A DNA stretch of 64,000 nt, from assembly GCA_000320545.1 (NCBI GenBank), contig ADNK01001542.1, positions 51,233-115,232 on the forward strand. Reading direction: 5' to 3'. This DNA is from Bigelowiella natans CCMP2755. Its lineage: Eukaryota > Protista > Cercozoa. The notes beneath the pieces are model-generated. The model was not told the DNA's origin, searched no databases, and worked only from the letters and a program-made list of their open reading frames with translations. Within the stretch, counting starts at the first letter, position 1, and each line of letters starts with the position of its first letter. A program made the position numbers and the translations under genes. Below are positions 37,793 through 50,250 of the stretch, one piece after another.

Positions 37793-39171
37793 TTTCTGAA
37801 CCGATCCAGGATCGACTTTCAAGGACGAGAACTTCCGAATACGGTAGAATGTAAAGAAGGCGATGATGATGACGACGATGAAGGGGAAGAAGACGAAGAA
37901 GAAGAAGATAATGATGATGATGGTGACGCAATATTGTACTGTTTTACATACCCATTTGATCCCGCAGCTGCGCTGACATGGTATGCTTGTGTTGGACTGT
38001 TTTTATCAGTCATAACGAGGCTGGAATCCTCACTATGGCAAATACAGGTCGGTGTACACTCGATATGCACCAAGAACACAATTGTTAAGCACAGCCCCCA
38101 ACACCCAAGAAGACAATTTTAAACCACCCGAATTAAAAAAAGTACAGAATTGAAAAAAAAAGATGCTAGGAGCCCTGGCACTAATGCCAGTAGCTGTTTA
38201 TAGCAAAGCATGCCGATCAGCTGTGTGCAGGACATTGACTCGTCGGCAAGTAGGCTTTAGACTCTCAAATCAATATTATTGCATAGTCATGCATGATGCT
38301 ATGTTCTCGTCAAAATGAGGTCTCATTTTGCCTTCGTGTAGGGAGAGATACGAACGCTGCACAGGTTGGCTATTAGGCTCAGATTTTGTAACACAAGGAG
38401 AACTAGTGGAACATGCTCCTATTTCCATACGATGACGTTGCGAGTGGCGTTAGAATTCATCTGTAATTGGGTTCGCGTAGGGAGTTAATCACGATATGAT
38501 ATTAATATGCGGATGCATTTAGCTGCGCCTCGAGACTTCCATCGAAAATCATCAAATATTTTCATTGTCACTAAGTTAACATCACGTTCGGAAGATTAAA
38601 TTTTAAAATGGAGACCGACCGTTGAGATGGTGCTGAGAAATGCTGCTCGCGTCAGAGAAAGACTGCGTTTGATGTGTAGAGAGAGAGATACGCCGTTAAA
38701 TCCAGGAATCTTCCCTATTCCCCCCACTATTTTCTCGTCAGTTTATGATAACTTTGCAACCGTCATCTTGGCTAGATTTGAAGCACGTAGCGTTTGGAAA
38801 GGTGGTGTTTCAAAAATTGCATAAATGCTGCCTTTCGTATTCCTTCCATCTTCTGCCCTCCCTTCCACTTGCACACTTTCCCCTTCGATTACCCCCCCCC
38901 CTTATGATCGAGCGGCCTCTCACTTTGAAAGCATTCTGCCTCGATGCCAGGTGGTAGATGGATTGGACATCTTGGAAAAGATAGCTGAAAAGGGATCTCT
39001 GAACGGCGAGGTAGGTTGTTGAATGTATAAATACGCGTGTGCGTGCTTCTGAGACACCGAGCAGTTGGCAGCATAATTGACGTTCGGCTTGTGCGTTTAA
39101 AACTCAACCTGACACTTCAGCCAACGGCGAACATCGTGATATCTGGCTGCGGAGAGTTACCTTGGTATTGA
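32161..39171 (+). CDS. Bipartite-leader CS(p23/NudC-like)-domain plus cyclophilin-type PPIase fusion
   Basis: Exon 1 (32161-32251) MRWNRRGGGRGLLVSLALCAVFGAFWLPGR. Exon 2 (from 32353) is Arg/Ser-rich. CS-like exons YDWRQNGNEVSIFIML..RSSKKLDVR..RYIHIVMEKKERDRVWPYCF are spliced in phase (GAC AG|G GAA, acceptor 35876) to ITNRVYMDIDID..IGRIVIGLFGHDAPATCKNF..YKGTRVHRVIPNFIIQGGDF..GSIYG..FKDENF..GILTMANTG..QFMIT..WLDLKHVAFGKV..ISGCGELPWY*. One or two small exons were not located. Confidence 0.85.
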
Positions 39172-39909
39172 TGTATGGGCTGCCAGAGTCTTTGGGTATC
39201 CTACTACTAGAGCATACAATATGCTTTCGCAAGCTGTGTATTCGATTTAATCTAATGTAGTTCATCTTTATAGATGTGTCAAGATATAATTATTCAAAGT
39301 TATGAAAGTACCGCCAGCTATAGGCGTTGCACGCATGGCCACACGCGTACGTGAGTATAGCGAGCATCCATCACAATGAGGCATTACAGCATGTTGTGGG
39401 ACGGCTATACTGCAAGTGCTAGCTATCTAACTATGTATCGTAGCATGCGACACAATAGGTACGTAGACCCTATAGGTAGTGACATTGTCATCTCCACAGC
39501 TAGACAGGCATGAATATGCATGCATGCTGTGACACACATGCATTGCGTCAAATACTGCTTGTTCTGTTAAAAGCAGTTGCTGTGCTTGATGCATGAGACA
39601 AATGCAATGTAAACAAATCAATTTTTCTACTTAGCGTTAGCCGCCCTAACAATCAATGTGTAGGTATGATCGATATGCATCAGACGACAGGCTGGCAGTG
39701 TTCTTAAATTTGCATAGCTACGTATACACATTATGCTGACATGTGAGAAAAGGAAATGCGAACTGCTGCGCGCGCTGCGCGACGATCGATCGCGACCGAA
39801 ACAGTGATTGCATGCTAGCATGGAACACATTACAGCTGATGAGACTAACAGATTATTCAACATTAGTGTTATAGCCACTGCTTTGCACAGTTCTAGAGCT
39901 ACATACACG

Positions 39910-40134
39910 AGGATGGCCATTAAACAAATTTAATAAAAAAACTAATTTATTGATTACAATTGCATCCGTCTTACATTAGCTAGATTAGGATGACTATTAT
40001 TGAAAATTTATGATCAATGTCCTCATTATCTAGTTATGTTAGTTATGCGCCTTCGTCTTGCACATCTAGCTAGATGTGTAAGACGGATTTCTGTAATGAA
40101 TCGATTAAATTTGTTCAAAAATTGTAGTCATCCT
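39910..40134. repeat. Two further inverted copies of the same dispersed repeat
   Basis: aggatggccattaaacaaattta...attac..atccgtcttaca (39910-39975) and the reverse copy tgtaagacggat..gtaatgaatcgattaaatttgttc..gtcatcct (40077-40134). Confidence 0.6.
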
Positions 40135-40440
40135 AACACTAGCTAGCATAGCTGCTGTGCAATGCTAGAATGCACTAGTGCAGCAGCTTAGCGGCTAGTA
40201 CTAGAGTATGTGCAGCGCATACTGGCATGTGCACATGCTAGTGAGTTTAAACAAAGTGCAATCATGTAGCCTAGTAGCGCACATTTCTGCATGTCTAGGT
40301 CTAGAGGTGTGCGTGCATGTGTGTACATGCATGCATGAATCGTTTGGCTAGCGCTGGATCTAGGCCATCACGCTACGCACGTAGGGATGTGTCATCTTGC
40401 ATGCATGCATTATCAGTGTGTATGTGTGTGTGCATGTACA

Positions 40441-40856
40441 CAGCTCCGTCAAACCAGGTAACGACGGGGTTGTGAACAGTGCAGCGCTTTGCGACGCGCT
40501 TTGATCGAAGCAGCAGGCAGTTGCAGTTCGTCAAAGAAAAGTCATCAGAACTTGTCCGATGGCCAAACCTCAAAAAATGACCGAAATGTTGACCCAAATG
40601 TCCATTTTCTAGGCCTCAGTGAGCGCGCAAAGTGTGAAAATTCACACCCGTTGTGCAGATGATGCACGCTGCGCGTTTATTCTTTGCCACATTTTGAATG
40701 CTTTTGCGCGTGTGTTTGACCAAATGTGATGTGCACGAAAAATTACAAAGAAATGCGAGCAAATCCAATGTCCATCACATCACACAACGCGCTTGGTCGC
40801 GCGCAAAAGCTTCCAAATGCATGTTCTGACGATTCGTTACAGGTTTGACGGAGCTG
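40441..40856. mobile_element. MITE / non-autonomous DNA transposon with terminal inverted repeats (Tc1/mariner-like CAG ends)
   Basis: Left end cagctccgtcaaacc(ag)gtaacga; right end tcgttac(a)ggtttgacggagctg. The perfect match is 15 bp (17 bp with the flanking CA/TG) and extends imperfectly to ~24 bp. Length 416 bp, no transposase ORF. Confidence 0.8.
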
Positions 40857-41411
40857 TGGTACGCATGAAAATAGGATACCTAGCTAGCCAACGTGACAAC
40901 ACTAGCAACGGCCAATAAACAAGTGAAATGACATTTCCCCCCCATTTGCCTTTCCGCACTGCTCACATGCAATCTCAAATACATATGTAACAGTAAATAT
41001 GCGCCGAAGTATATCAATTTAGGTATGCATGTGTGTGTGCAAATAACTAGGGGTGACAAAGTTTTAGATCACTAGATCAACAACATGCTCAAAATTTAGA
41101 TTCGTCGTAAATATTAATATAACCCAGCATGGCTGCACTTCAGCACATCATCAACACAACTCATTACTTTACACGTGTGACTGCAAGGAATTCGGCACCT
41201 TTCTAGACCTTGTAGACAATTTGCGCATGCCATACGTAATTAGTCCACAACTAGCACCTAGCGCTCTTTATTTGAGTTTCATCTGGTTTTTCCTTCCGAA
41301 CTGGACCTCATTTGCTTCGACCCGAGTGCAGCTGCCTGCGAAGCCTTTTCGTCCTGACAAAAAGCAAGCTCATGAGAACCGACGGCGTTGCGCTTCGGAT
41401 GAGGATTTATC

Positions 41412-41976
41412 TTACTTGGCGTTGACGTCGCTTCCTTTTGGGGTCTTTTTTCTTAAGAAGGTTGAGCCTCTACGCATTCATAAACGCAACTATTATCACT
41501 TCATGCTATGGGTGTTTTAAGAACACAAAATCATACCTTCTTTGTCGTATCCAGCAAGTGGTGCCGCCTCCTTACAGAGTTCCCGCAAAAGCCAGGAATC
41601 TTCATGTTCCAGGTTTTTTCTGTGAACCATGCAACATTAGGCATGCAGGTTCAGATGAAAAGTACAAGTGCCTACTACTCCTGAATACTATTTATTACCC
41701 AGATGGAGCTGCACATCTTGTATGTCCAGCTTCTTAGATTTGCGATGCTTGGCCAGCTCGCAAGAACGTCTAGCTACTTCATCGACGAACTCTTCCGCAA
41801 TTTCCAAGAGCAACTGCACGATACAAAATGCAACAAACAAATTAATCTTTTTGTTGGAATACGCACAAAAAGCGGGCTGCATTTTATACCATTTCAACGG
41901 CAGGATCGAGCTTCTCCCCCGGGTGATACCTATCGACTAGCTCCTGCAGCCTCTTTGGCTCGAAGATACGCGCCAT
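41412..41976 (-). CDS. TAF12: Transcription initiation factor TFIID subunit 12 (histone fold)
   Basis: Four exons: MARIFEPKRLQELVDRYHPGEKLDPAVEM|LLLEIAEEFVDEVARRSCELAKHRKSKKLDIQDVQLHL|EKTWNMKIPGF..|RLNLLKKK..AK*. This matches the TAF12 consensus (LAKHRKS..L...DVQLHLE..WNM.IPGF). Confidence 0.93.
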
Positions 41977-42516
41977 GGCAACCGAAGTCTGGCTTTGGAC
42001 GTTCTGGGCTAAACAAGTGCGCAGTTGACAAGTGTCCTTGTAGGGAGGAGGTAACCCCGAGCTGTCTTCAGCGCCCTTTTCCCCAGAGATCTCCAGGAGA
42101 TATCCGAGGTGGATCTCGGGCATTTCGACTCGGGAGACTTTCCAGAGATGATTTTGATCCATTACCACCGGCGTTTCGGCCGGTCACGCTGGTTTCCTAA
42201 GGTTTCTACGATGCCAAATTGTTGTCGTTTTAAAAAAAATCCTTGTGTTTTATTGTCGCGTTCTATTTTGCTCCCGAAGAATGAGAAAGAACTCGAAGCA
42301 GAACCGAAGCAGAACCCAGTAACCAGCTGCCGACACGTTCTAGGACATGGCCGCTGTGTAGTCTTCCTTCACTCAAGTACGCGTCCCGTATCCCGAAGTT
42401 AACTTCGCCAGGTGTATATCACACATTTGTAAAAATGTCTCATTAATCTGCGGAGATTCCAATGGTTTTCTTAAAAGTCATCGCTTTGATGTGTGCTTGA
42501 TAGCGCTACGGACACC

Positions 42517-44611
42517 ATGGACGACTCACTAGCTCATGGCTATTTGGCCTCGACGACGGCCTGCATCTTGTTCGCTTTGATGTATGTGCCCATCAAATAC
42601 TACCCAACCTACGACGGAATAACGTTCCAGGTGCGTGTCACGAAAGAGAGAGAGCGTGGGACTGACCTGCACGCTATGTGAAGAAGCGACAGTGCCTCGA
42701 ATTATACATAAGGAGAGTACTTTTCCGTTTAATACCCCCCCTTCCCTTCCCCACCCTAACCCCCTGCTTGCCATTGTCTTCTAATTTCCTCCATCATCAG
42801 TGGTTTCTTTGTGCCGGAGCGTGGTTTTTCGGGTTCCTACTCAACTTTCTCGGGCAGTTCGGCGGTCGCAATCAGGCCGAGATGACGCAAGGTACGCATC
42901 GAGTCGATGCCAACGAATACATGTAGAGGCACAGGGAAAACAAGAACGAGAAATTTTAGACTCGCATCACCACGTCAGAATGAGATATGACCTGACCATG
43001 ACCATGATCATTCATCGGATTGCTAAGGAATGCTGGGGGGTAGCATGTGGGCCATTGCGAACTACTTGGTCGTTCCTACGATGCAGCTCATTGGGTAACA
43101 GAATGACCGAACAATCATCTGACTGGCTGCAATATAATGTGACATATATCACCTTGAGTTAAAAGGAACATGACATGTTGATATGTTGATTATCTGCAGT
43201 TACTCTGAATTTGCTTTCCCCCTTCTCGCCCTGACAGCTATGAGTATCGTTTTGAGCTGATTTACTTAATTTCTGTGATCATGATAGTCTGGGTCTCGGC
43301 TTCTCATGCTTCAACGTGTCCAACCTTGTCGTCGGATACGCGGGTGTTGTGAAGAACGATGATGATAGTGGCTATTGCTGTTCTGTGCCTCCCAGCGGAA
43401 TTTATGTGTTAAGATTCTCATATTTTAAGACCTGAAAGGGTGATGGTTTGTGATATATGGAAAATCCGTATTAATCGCTCATATTTAACGTCTTTGCATC
43501 ACTTTGTGCTGCTCGATAGTGGGCCGATTCGGGCTGTTTGGAGTCGATCCAGACCCCACCACGTACTACCCATCACCCATCAATGAGAGATGACTCGTAG
43601 CGACAGGACAGAGCTGTTGTTATTTGCCTCCTCTCTACCGATATCGTGATGATTCGCAATGGAAACCGTCGTGTTATTGTTATCAGGTGGGTTGGGGACC
43701 TGGGTCTTTGCATCCTCGTGCTGTCGTTCGTGTTCATGCTAAGAGTGAAAACTGCGGATGACGCTTCCCCCGCAGCTGATGAGACACCGACGCCGGTAGT
43801 TATCTCCCCTCCCCCTCCACCCCTCCTCTAATCCCCGACTCCGCATTTCGACAAATAGCTGACGTAGCTTCCAGGTCATATAATCGTTTCTCTCTTCTCC
43901 TCCTCCTCCTCCTCCTCCTCCTCCTCCTCCTGTTCTCTGATTGTTTTTTAGTCGCAGTACGGTGCGATGCAAGCGCATAGCGTGTCTCGCTCAGCATCTG
44001 GACACCAATTGAGGAAGTCGAAAAGTACACGTGCGGGAGAGGCGGCGGGGGGGGGCGGGGGCAGTATTGATATGGCATATTCTAATCCTCGGCACGACAA
44101 TAACGCCGAGGGCAGCTATGGTGGTATTACTGCATCTTCTACGCATGATTTCTAAATCATATCTGCAGGTGATGATAGCTGGCGGCCGATGAATAGGAAG
44201 ACTCCGAAGACGACGCCGTCCAATCTTTCGAAACGTAGAAGTACGCTGCTCTTTGGAGCGATGCCAGGGGCCATTGCTGCTATCGGTACCCCATCGAATA
44301 TCCAATGGGAGGGGGAGGGGGTTGGGCGGCGGCCAGCGATACGTGCTGTTCCTAAATCAAAGGCCGCTATTTTTGATGATCCCGCCTTGCATTGAATGGA
44401 CGAGAACTGCTGCTCTCTTGACACCTCTGAACCTACTGTTTGCTCGTAGGTCAAGAAGACGAAGCGAGCAATTATAAGTAATAGTACCATCTTCATGCTG
44501 GAAAGGAATTGCTTCATGGCCTCAATGAACCCCCCCCCCCCCCCCCCTTCTCCTGTCCTTTGCAACCTCGAATCATCATCGTCATCACCATCGTCGTCGT
44601 CGTCGTGGTTG

Positions 44612-44647
<36 letters not shown>

Positions 44648-47153
44648 CATCCCACTAACGTAAACAACGCGGACATTTATCGGCACAGGACGTTCACCTC
44701 ATCGGACCTCGAAAGCCTTAGACGGCGATCAAACGGCGAACAACGCGGCGGCAACAGCTCGGCATCTCCTGCAAGGAACACAACTAGCAAAGGGGAGTTT
44801 CAGGGAGGGGGGGGGCAAGAATCCAAGGACGGCACTTCCAACGATGACAGAGAAAGAGCATCTTCTGCGTCACAAGCGCAAACACCAACGCCGGTAGTAG
44901 TCGTAGATAGGATACACTAGAAGATAGATGTCTTTCGCCCCTTTAGCCAGCACGTGAGCAATTGACAGCAACGAAGGTAGGTCTCGTTAGGATAAAATCC
45001 TAAATATTCCATCGATCTATCATCGTCTCCATTTGCATACTCGTTCGCCGCTTGCTGGTTTGTGATCCTCCTCCTCCTCCTCCTCCTCCTCCTCCTCCTC
45101 GCTTTGCGTAGACAATGAGCATCACAGACTCGATGCCTGAAGCGTACCAACGAATCGTGGGCTTTTTCCTTGCCCTAGTGTCCGGGGTCAGTGTTATTAT
45201 TATTATTATTAGTAGTAGGTGTAATAGTAAGTAATACTGGAAGATATTGGAAAATGCAATGGTATTCGTGTATGATACAATTCTGAAATTCGAGGGAATT
45301 TCATGGGAAAGATTTCCTCCTCTTTCTTCTTCTCCTCCTCCTCCACTTGGCACTGACCGCACTGGTACTACAGGCAATTATGGGTACGCAGCTCATACCT
45401 TTCCTCTGGTGGAAGAAAGAGTCAGTTTGTCCAGCAGCAGCATCACCGCCACCGCAATAGCATCACCGCCACCACCACCACCACCACCAACAACAACATT
45501 AATGCTGCATGATGAGTCTTGACGGCTGTGTTGCTTCTAATGTCGTCTGAGCACGAGAAACGATGATGATGCGGGAAGAGATCACATCTCTTGCCTACCA
45601 AAGCACACAACACGCACCCTCCTCCTCTTCCTTCTCCTCTTCATCATCATTATCATCATCGTCACCATCCCCTTTCCCTCACCCCCATGTAGCAATCCAA
45701 CGTTGCACCCCTGGTCTTACGTGAATGCGCACACGTCGGGCGTGTTCACCATGTCCACGATGATCTACCTCATTTACTCCACCTACGCTAAGCTCAAGTC
45801 CGCAAAGGTGCTTGCTGCTGCCAGTGACCATGACCTAGATGATTGTGTTGATGATGGTGAGGATGATGGTGTTGATGGCGATTCCAGGATAGAATTCGAA
45901 AGAATAGTGATGATAATAAACGGCAACGATGACGGCGTCCACAGCGTAGAGGAGTCGAGAGATACCCAAAAACAAGCCAATATCTCTCTTCCTCTTTCCC
46001 CCCCATTTCACCGAGGGATAAAGGGTTGAACACGAGGCTGTTACCTTGGACGCCATTCCGTGTCCTCCGCAAGGAGCATTGCATCCTGTTATTTACACTG
46101 GCAAATATAAATATAAATAACATCTTTTATCGTTATCATCATACATAGGTTCCGCACAGTGGAATCCGTCCAGCCTTCATGTCAGGAGTTGTTTGGTGCC
46201 TGGCCTTCACTTGCAACCTCACGTCGCTCTCGTAAGGAATTCTGATATGGCAGCGTGATGTGATATGCGTCCGTCAAGGGCGATGATGGTGGTGGTGACG
46301 TGAGACTGATGGTATATTCGAAGCAGGGAAGGGCAATTTATTGAATATTTGCTATTCGTTGATTGTTGCTGGCAAGAACGGCCATATGCTGCATCGTTAT
46401 CCGCACACTAAAACTGTCGCTATCATTGTAAGGATTCTTGGGTACTCGACGGGCTACACGCTGGGATCTATAGGACCTGTGATGATCACTAGTGGTTTGT
46501 ACCACAGAATGCAGTTGCAGAAATAGCATTCTTTCTCAATTTTGTGTGTATTTCGCTATCTTGTGCGACGAAAACGTGAGCGTATGTATGCCCGACCCCG
46601 TCGTGTGTCATGGCGATGTGTTCTGGTGTCTGCCAACGAGCCAGTGGAGACGAAGTATATGCCAGCTGAAATGCGGATGAAAAATGCTCTTTTGCTCTCG
46701 CCTCGATTACTAGGTTTATCGTATTTCTGGTTCGAAGAAGTGCGAGATCCCGGCAGTGTGCGCTATTTCTTCATTGCCTTAGCTCTACAGGTGCCGAGTT
46801 ATAAGTTTCACCGTCTCCCCCTCCAGCTACCTCTGATGCTGTAATGTTACTGGCTGCTGGCATTCGCTAGCTTTCTGAATTGATGTGTGGACCGGTTCGT
46901 TTGTCGTGCGTCCATAAAAAGAGTGTGTTTTGCGCACGACCTGGGTGTTTTTACCCATGAACGCAATGATGTGTTCTGTCGGAGTGCTATGATTGCGTGT
47001 GGTAGCTCGCTGGAAGTGAGGAAAGTAGCACGTTCGGTCCCATAGTCCATGCTTGTGTTGTTGTTCCTATATCCGTGGTTATTCTCATGCGCCTTTTCTT
47101 TCAACTGTTGGTAGGTGGTTGGGGTTATGTGTGTGGCCTTGGGTCGTGAGTAG
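42517..47153 (+). CDS. TMEM144: TMEM144-like drug/metabolite-transporter family membrane protein
   Basis: Spliced motifs LFALMYVPIKYYPTYDGITFQ|WFLC, GMLGGSMWAIANYLVVPTMQLIG|LGLG, GRFGLFG, RIVGFFLALVSG, IRPAFMSGVVW, GYTLGSIGPVMI, WFEEVR, ending VVGVMCVALGRE*. There is a long hydrophilic central loop. Confidence 0.8.
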
Positions 47154-48514
47154 CCAAGTTAGGAACGAAAGGCAGGCAAGTGGTCGAATGCCGCAGCACA
47201 CTAACCGACGGATTCCTCGTCCCAAACACTAATTTCGAGTACCATTCAACTCTAGGATCTGCACTACATCCATGTTAACGAGTTATAAAACTAGTAAAAC
47301 ATCTACATGAGAGTGTGTATGCATCCAGTTTGCTAGGTGCAGGAAATTCCCAAATGTAGATGTGCGTGTCGCAAAGCCACTGTTTGCGCACAAATGAAAG
47401 CACCGTTATGATAGACATGCAATACACAATATATATAATATATATAGTGTATTGCTGTGTCTATATAGTGTATTGCTGTGTCTATTATCGTTCAGCGTTT
47501 CACAGAAAACCGTAGCTTGGCAAACGTGCATGAAAACAGCTGTCATGCTGCACAAAAACAGCAGAAAACAGTATAGACAACTAGACAATGCTAGAACATC
47601 TAGACGGTGTCCACTCATTGGAAATGTCTAGTGCACTAGTGCAACTAGCTCTAGACAATCTAACGCTAGCTAGGTGCATAGGTAGCAAAATGTGAGCGAT
47701 GTCTAGAGCTAGCTAGGTACACAGGTAGCTGTATAAATGTGAGCGAAATCCAATGATGTTTCTAATAATGAAGACTAGAAGACAAACACCAAACAAAACG
47801 GTGACTGTGCAGATTCCATGGTTCTAGTTGTGTTGTGCTAGCTAGCTAGTCTAGTAGTGCGCATGACGCAAACACTACGTACTAGCTAGCTAGACTACAA
47901 CACTAGCTAGCTATAGAGCTAGACTAGCTAGTACTATAGAGCATAGTAGCTACTTAGAGTGTGCGCGCATGACGACGTCTAGACGTGTGTGATGTTCTGT
48001 GTTCTCTAGCTCTAGCTAGCTAGGGTAGCTAGGAGCAGATGTATAGAAGGAAGTGCGGTCTTGTCGTTCATACGTACACCGAGCGCCGCAGCATCAGTGT
48101 ACATACTAGCATGCCTAGCTCTAGAGCTAGGTAGACTAGTGCAGCGTGCCTAGCTCTAGAGCTAGCTAGTTAGATGCAAGCCTAAAATTATACAGCTCAT
48201 GTGATGCAATACACACTGCTAGATTGTCCAAATCAGGTCTTAAATTGTTAACCATTTGCGGTCCATATTAATTGTTTATCTATGGTTGGTGGCGTATGGG
48301 CTACTACTCTGGCACACTGGCCAAACCAAAGCTACAATACATACAAAGACGTCATTTCTACATTTTAAAAGTTTACTTGAAACCGTATCTTCAACATTTT
48401 TCATTGGCTAGGGTGAATTCTATACAGTGACCCAGCGCATCATCCATCAAATAAGATTTATGCGCATTTGCGATCCTAATTGCTTGGTTGAACTCTGCAA
48501 TAATAATACAAATT

Positions 48515-49465
48515 TCATAACTGGAAGAATCCCTCCATAGAAAGATCATCAAATTCCCATTCGTTGTCATCCTTGTTGCTGCCTTTCGGAAGCTCCTCTG
48601 TGGGTGTCATTGGAAAGTGTTTTGACATGATAAACGGGAACAAATCTTCATCGCTACTTTTGAAGATGTTAAGGGTCGGGCTGTCGATCTGAGGTGGCGA
48701 CGGCGGCGGCAGTATTTGAGACATCTTCCGTTTTTTATTCTGAATGCTTGATGATGATAATAGTTCAGTTGAAGGAGATTGATGTCTTTTACTTACGGGA
48801 CCATGGTCGAAATTGAACTTAGGAGCGCGCACCAGTATTCCAGCATCCCACAGACGTTGCGTCTCTTCATCGCGGAAAATGGCGGCATCAAGAAGCCCTT
48901 GAAATGTGTTCGGAAAGTGGGGATATGTGGGGTTAACGCCCTTTTGCTTGATCTGAACTCGCAGCTTGCCGTTCTGCATCGATATCCCGTGAGGGTAGAT
49001 GTCCCATTCCCATTTTTGTTTGGATTTGTAGTTTGGGCGATTTTTCTTCGTTGGCCCGATATATCGAAGATTCTTGTAGCGAATTTCAAGCGGCTCATCT
49101 TCTTCCTTCTTTTTATCAGGTGCAATCTTCTTCTCGTCAACCGAGCCCGATGACGAATCCTCAGCGAGGAAGACCTTCGCCATGTCCAACTTGGGCGAGC
49201 CAAGAATAGGATGCTTACTTAATCCAGCGTCGTTTGATAAACTTGAAGTCTTGCCTATCTCGCTGAACGGGTTCGAATATTCGTTGAACATGTTTGACCA
49301 GCTGTTATTGAGGCCAGAGCCTCCTCGTTCGAAGGGACTAAGGAGTATATCGTCGTTGCCCTTGATGCCCTTTGTGCTGCTGCTTGGCACTTCGAATCCA
49401 AGATCCAGCATTGGGCGAGAGGTTGATTTAAAGGTTTCACTATCGAACTCCATTAGCGCATCCAT
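48515..49465 (-). CDS. 316-aa intronless protein with a putative AP2-like DNA-binding domain
   Basis: Uninterrupted ORF. The central YPHGISMQNGKLRVQIKQKGVNPTYPHFPNTFQGLLDAAIFRDEETQRL resembles the AP2 pattern (G-beta-beta-beta-F..AA..RD helix). KKRK is NLS-like, and the flanks are acidic/Ser-rich. Confidence 0.6.
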   Translation of the reverse strand: MDALMEFDSETFKSTSRPMLDLGFEVPSSSTKGIKGNDDILLSPFERGGSGLNNSWSNMFNEYSNPFSEIGKTSSLSNDAGLSKHPILGSPKLDMAKVFLAEDSSSGSVDEKKIAPDKKKEEDEPLEIRYKNLRYIGPTKKNRPNYKSKQKWEWDIYPHGISMQNGKLRVQIKQKGVNPTYPHFPNTFQGLLDAAIFRDEETQRLWDAGILVRAPKFNFDHGPVSKRHQSPSTELLSSSSIQNKKRKMSQILPPPSPPQIDSPTLNIFKSSDEDLFPFIMSKHFPMTPTEELPKGSNKDDNEWEFDDLSMEGFFQL

Positions 49466-50250
49466 TTTGTAGTTGTTCTATCTTGTAGGGAGGGGAGGTT
49501 GTGTGGATTTGGGCTCTGTGAGGATGAGCGACTACCTCATGCTTGCTTACGGTACTTTAATTGCAAAACGCCGTTCACTTTTTCCATGATGCTTATGAAA
49601 TTTATTGTCGCAAAGGACAAACCTATGGGATTGCTTAGAATTTGTACCGGAAGCCAAGGAGGCAGCTGATCCCGGTATGTATTTTGGTATGCATAAGACC
49701 TACGACTTTGGATGTCTCCCTGTAAAATTGGATCGTGTCCTTACTTCTTCGTACGTGTAGCTCTTTGTGACTAGACCAACATTTGATGGCAAACGAAAAG
49801 GGAAGTTCCTGGACAGCTGGAAATAGACAATCAAATCACAAGCGCAGAGTGTCTAGGTAGTACCTGCCCAGGATTAAATGTATGTAAGTCGCTAAGTTAA
49901 AATATCATCGGTTTCGCTCATTCTAAAATAGTGCCCGGGATTCGGTTTCCTCTGAATATCTCGCGCACTTGTATGTGAAAGTTTACAGCGACAATTTGTA
50001 TTTCATGTCGCAGAATGTTGTCATGTTTGTCTGCGTCAGCACTCCTTTCAACGGGTTATTTTGTAAAAATATTCTGTAATCATAGAGAAAGTCAGACTGA
50101 TTTCCTTGTCGCACCAAAAAATCAAGTCAATAGCTCCCAGCTGCGCGTGGCGTCGCGAACCTACCGCAAGCCCCCCTGCACTCCTGTCTGGCATAGTATA
50201 GACTGACCGGGAAGAAAACAGAGGAGAAGGGGAAGAGAAGAACCTAAACA

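Noticed and set aside
26429-47153. Biosynthetic gene cluster around the NRPS
   Set aside because: The neighbours are housekeeping genes (ATG4, EF-hand, cyclophilin, TAF12). No tailoring enzyme or PPTase is seen, and there is no evidence linking the TMEM144-like transporter to the NRPS.
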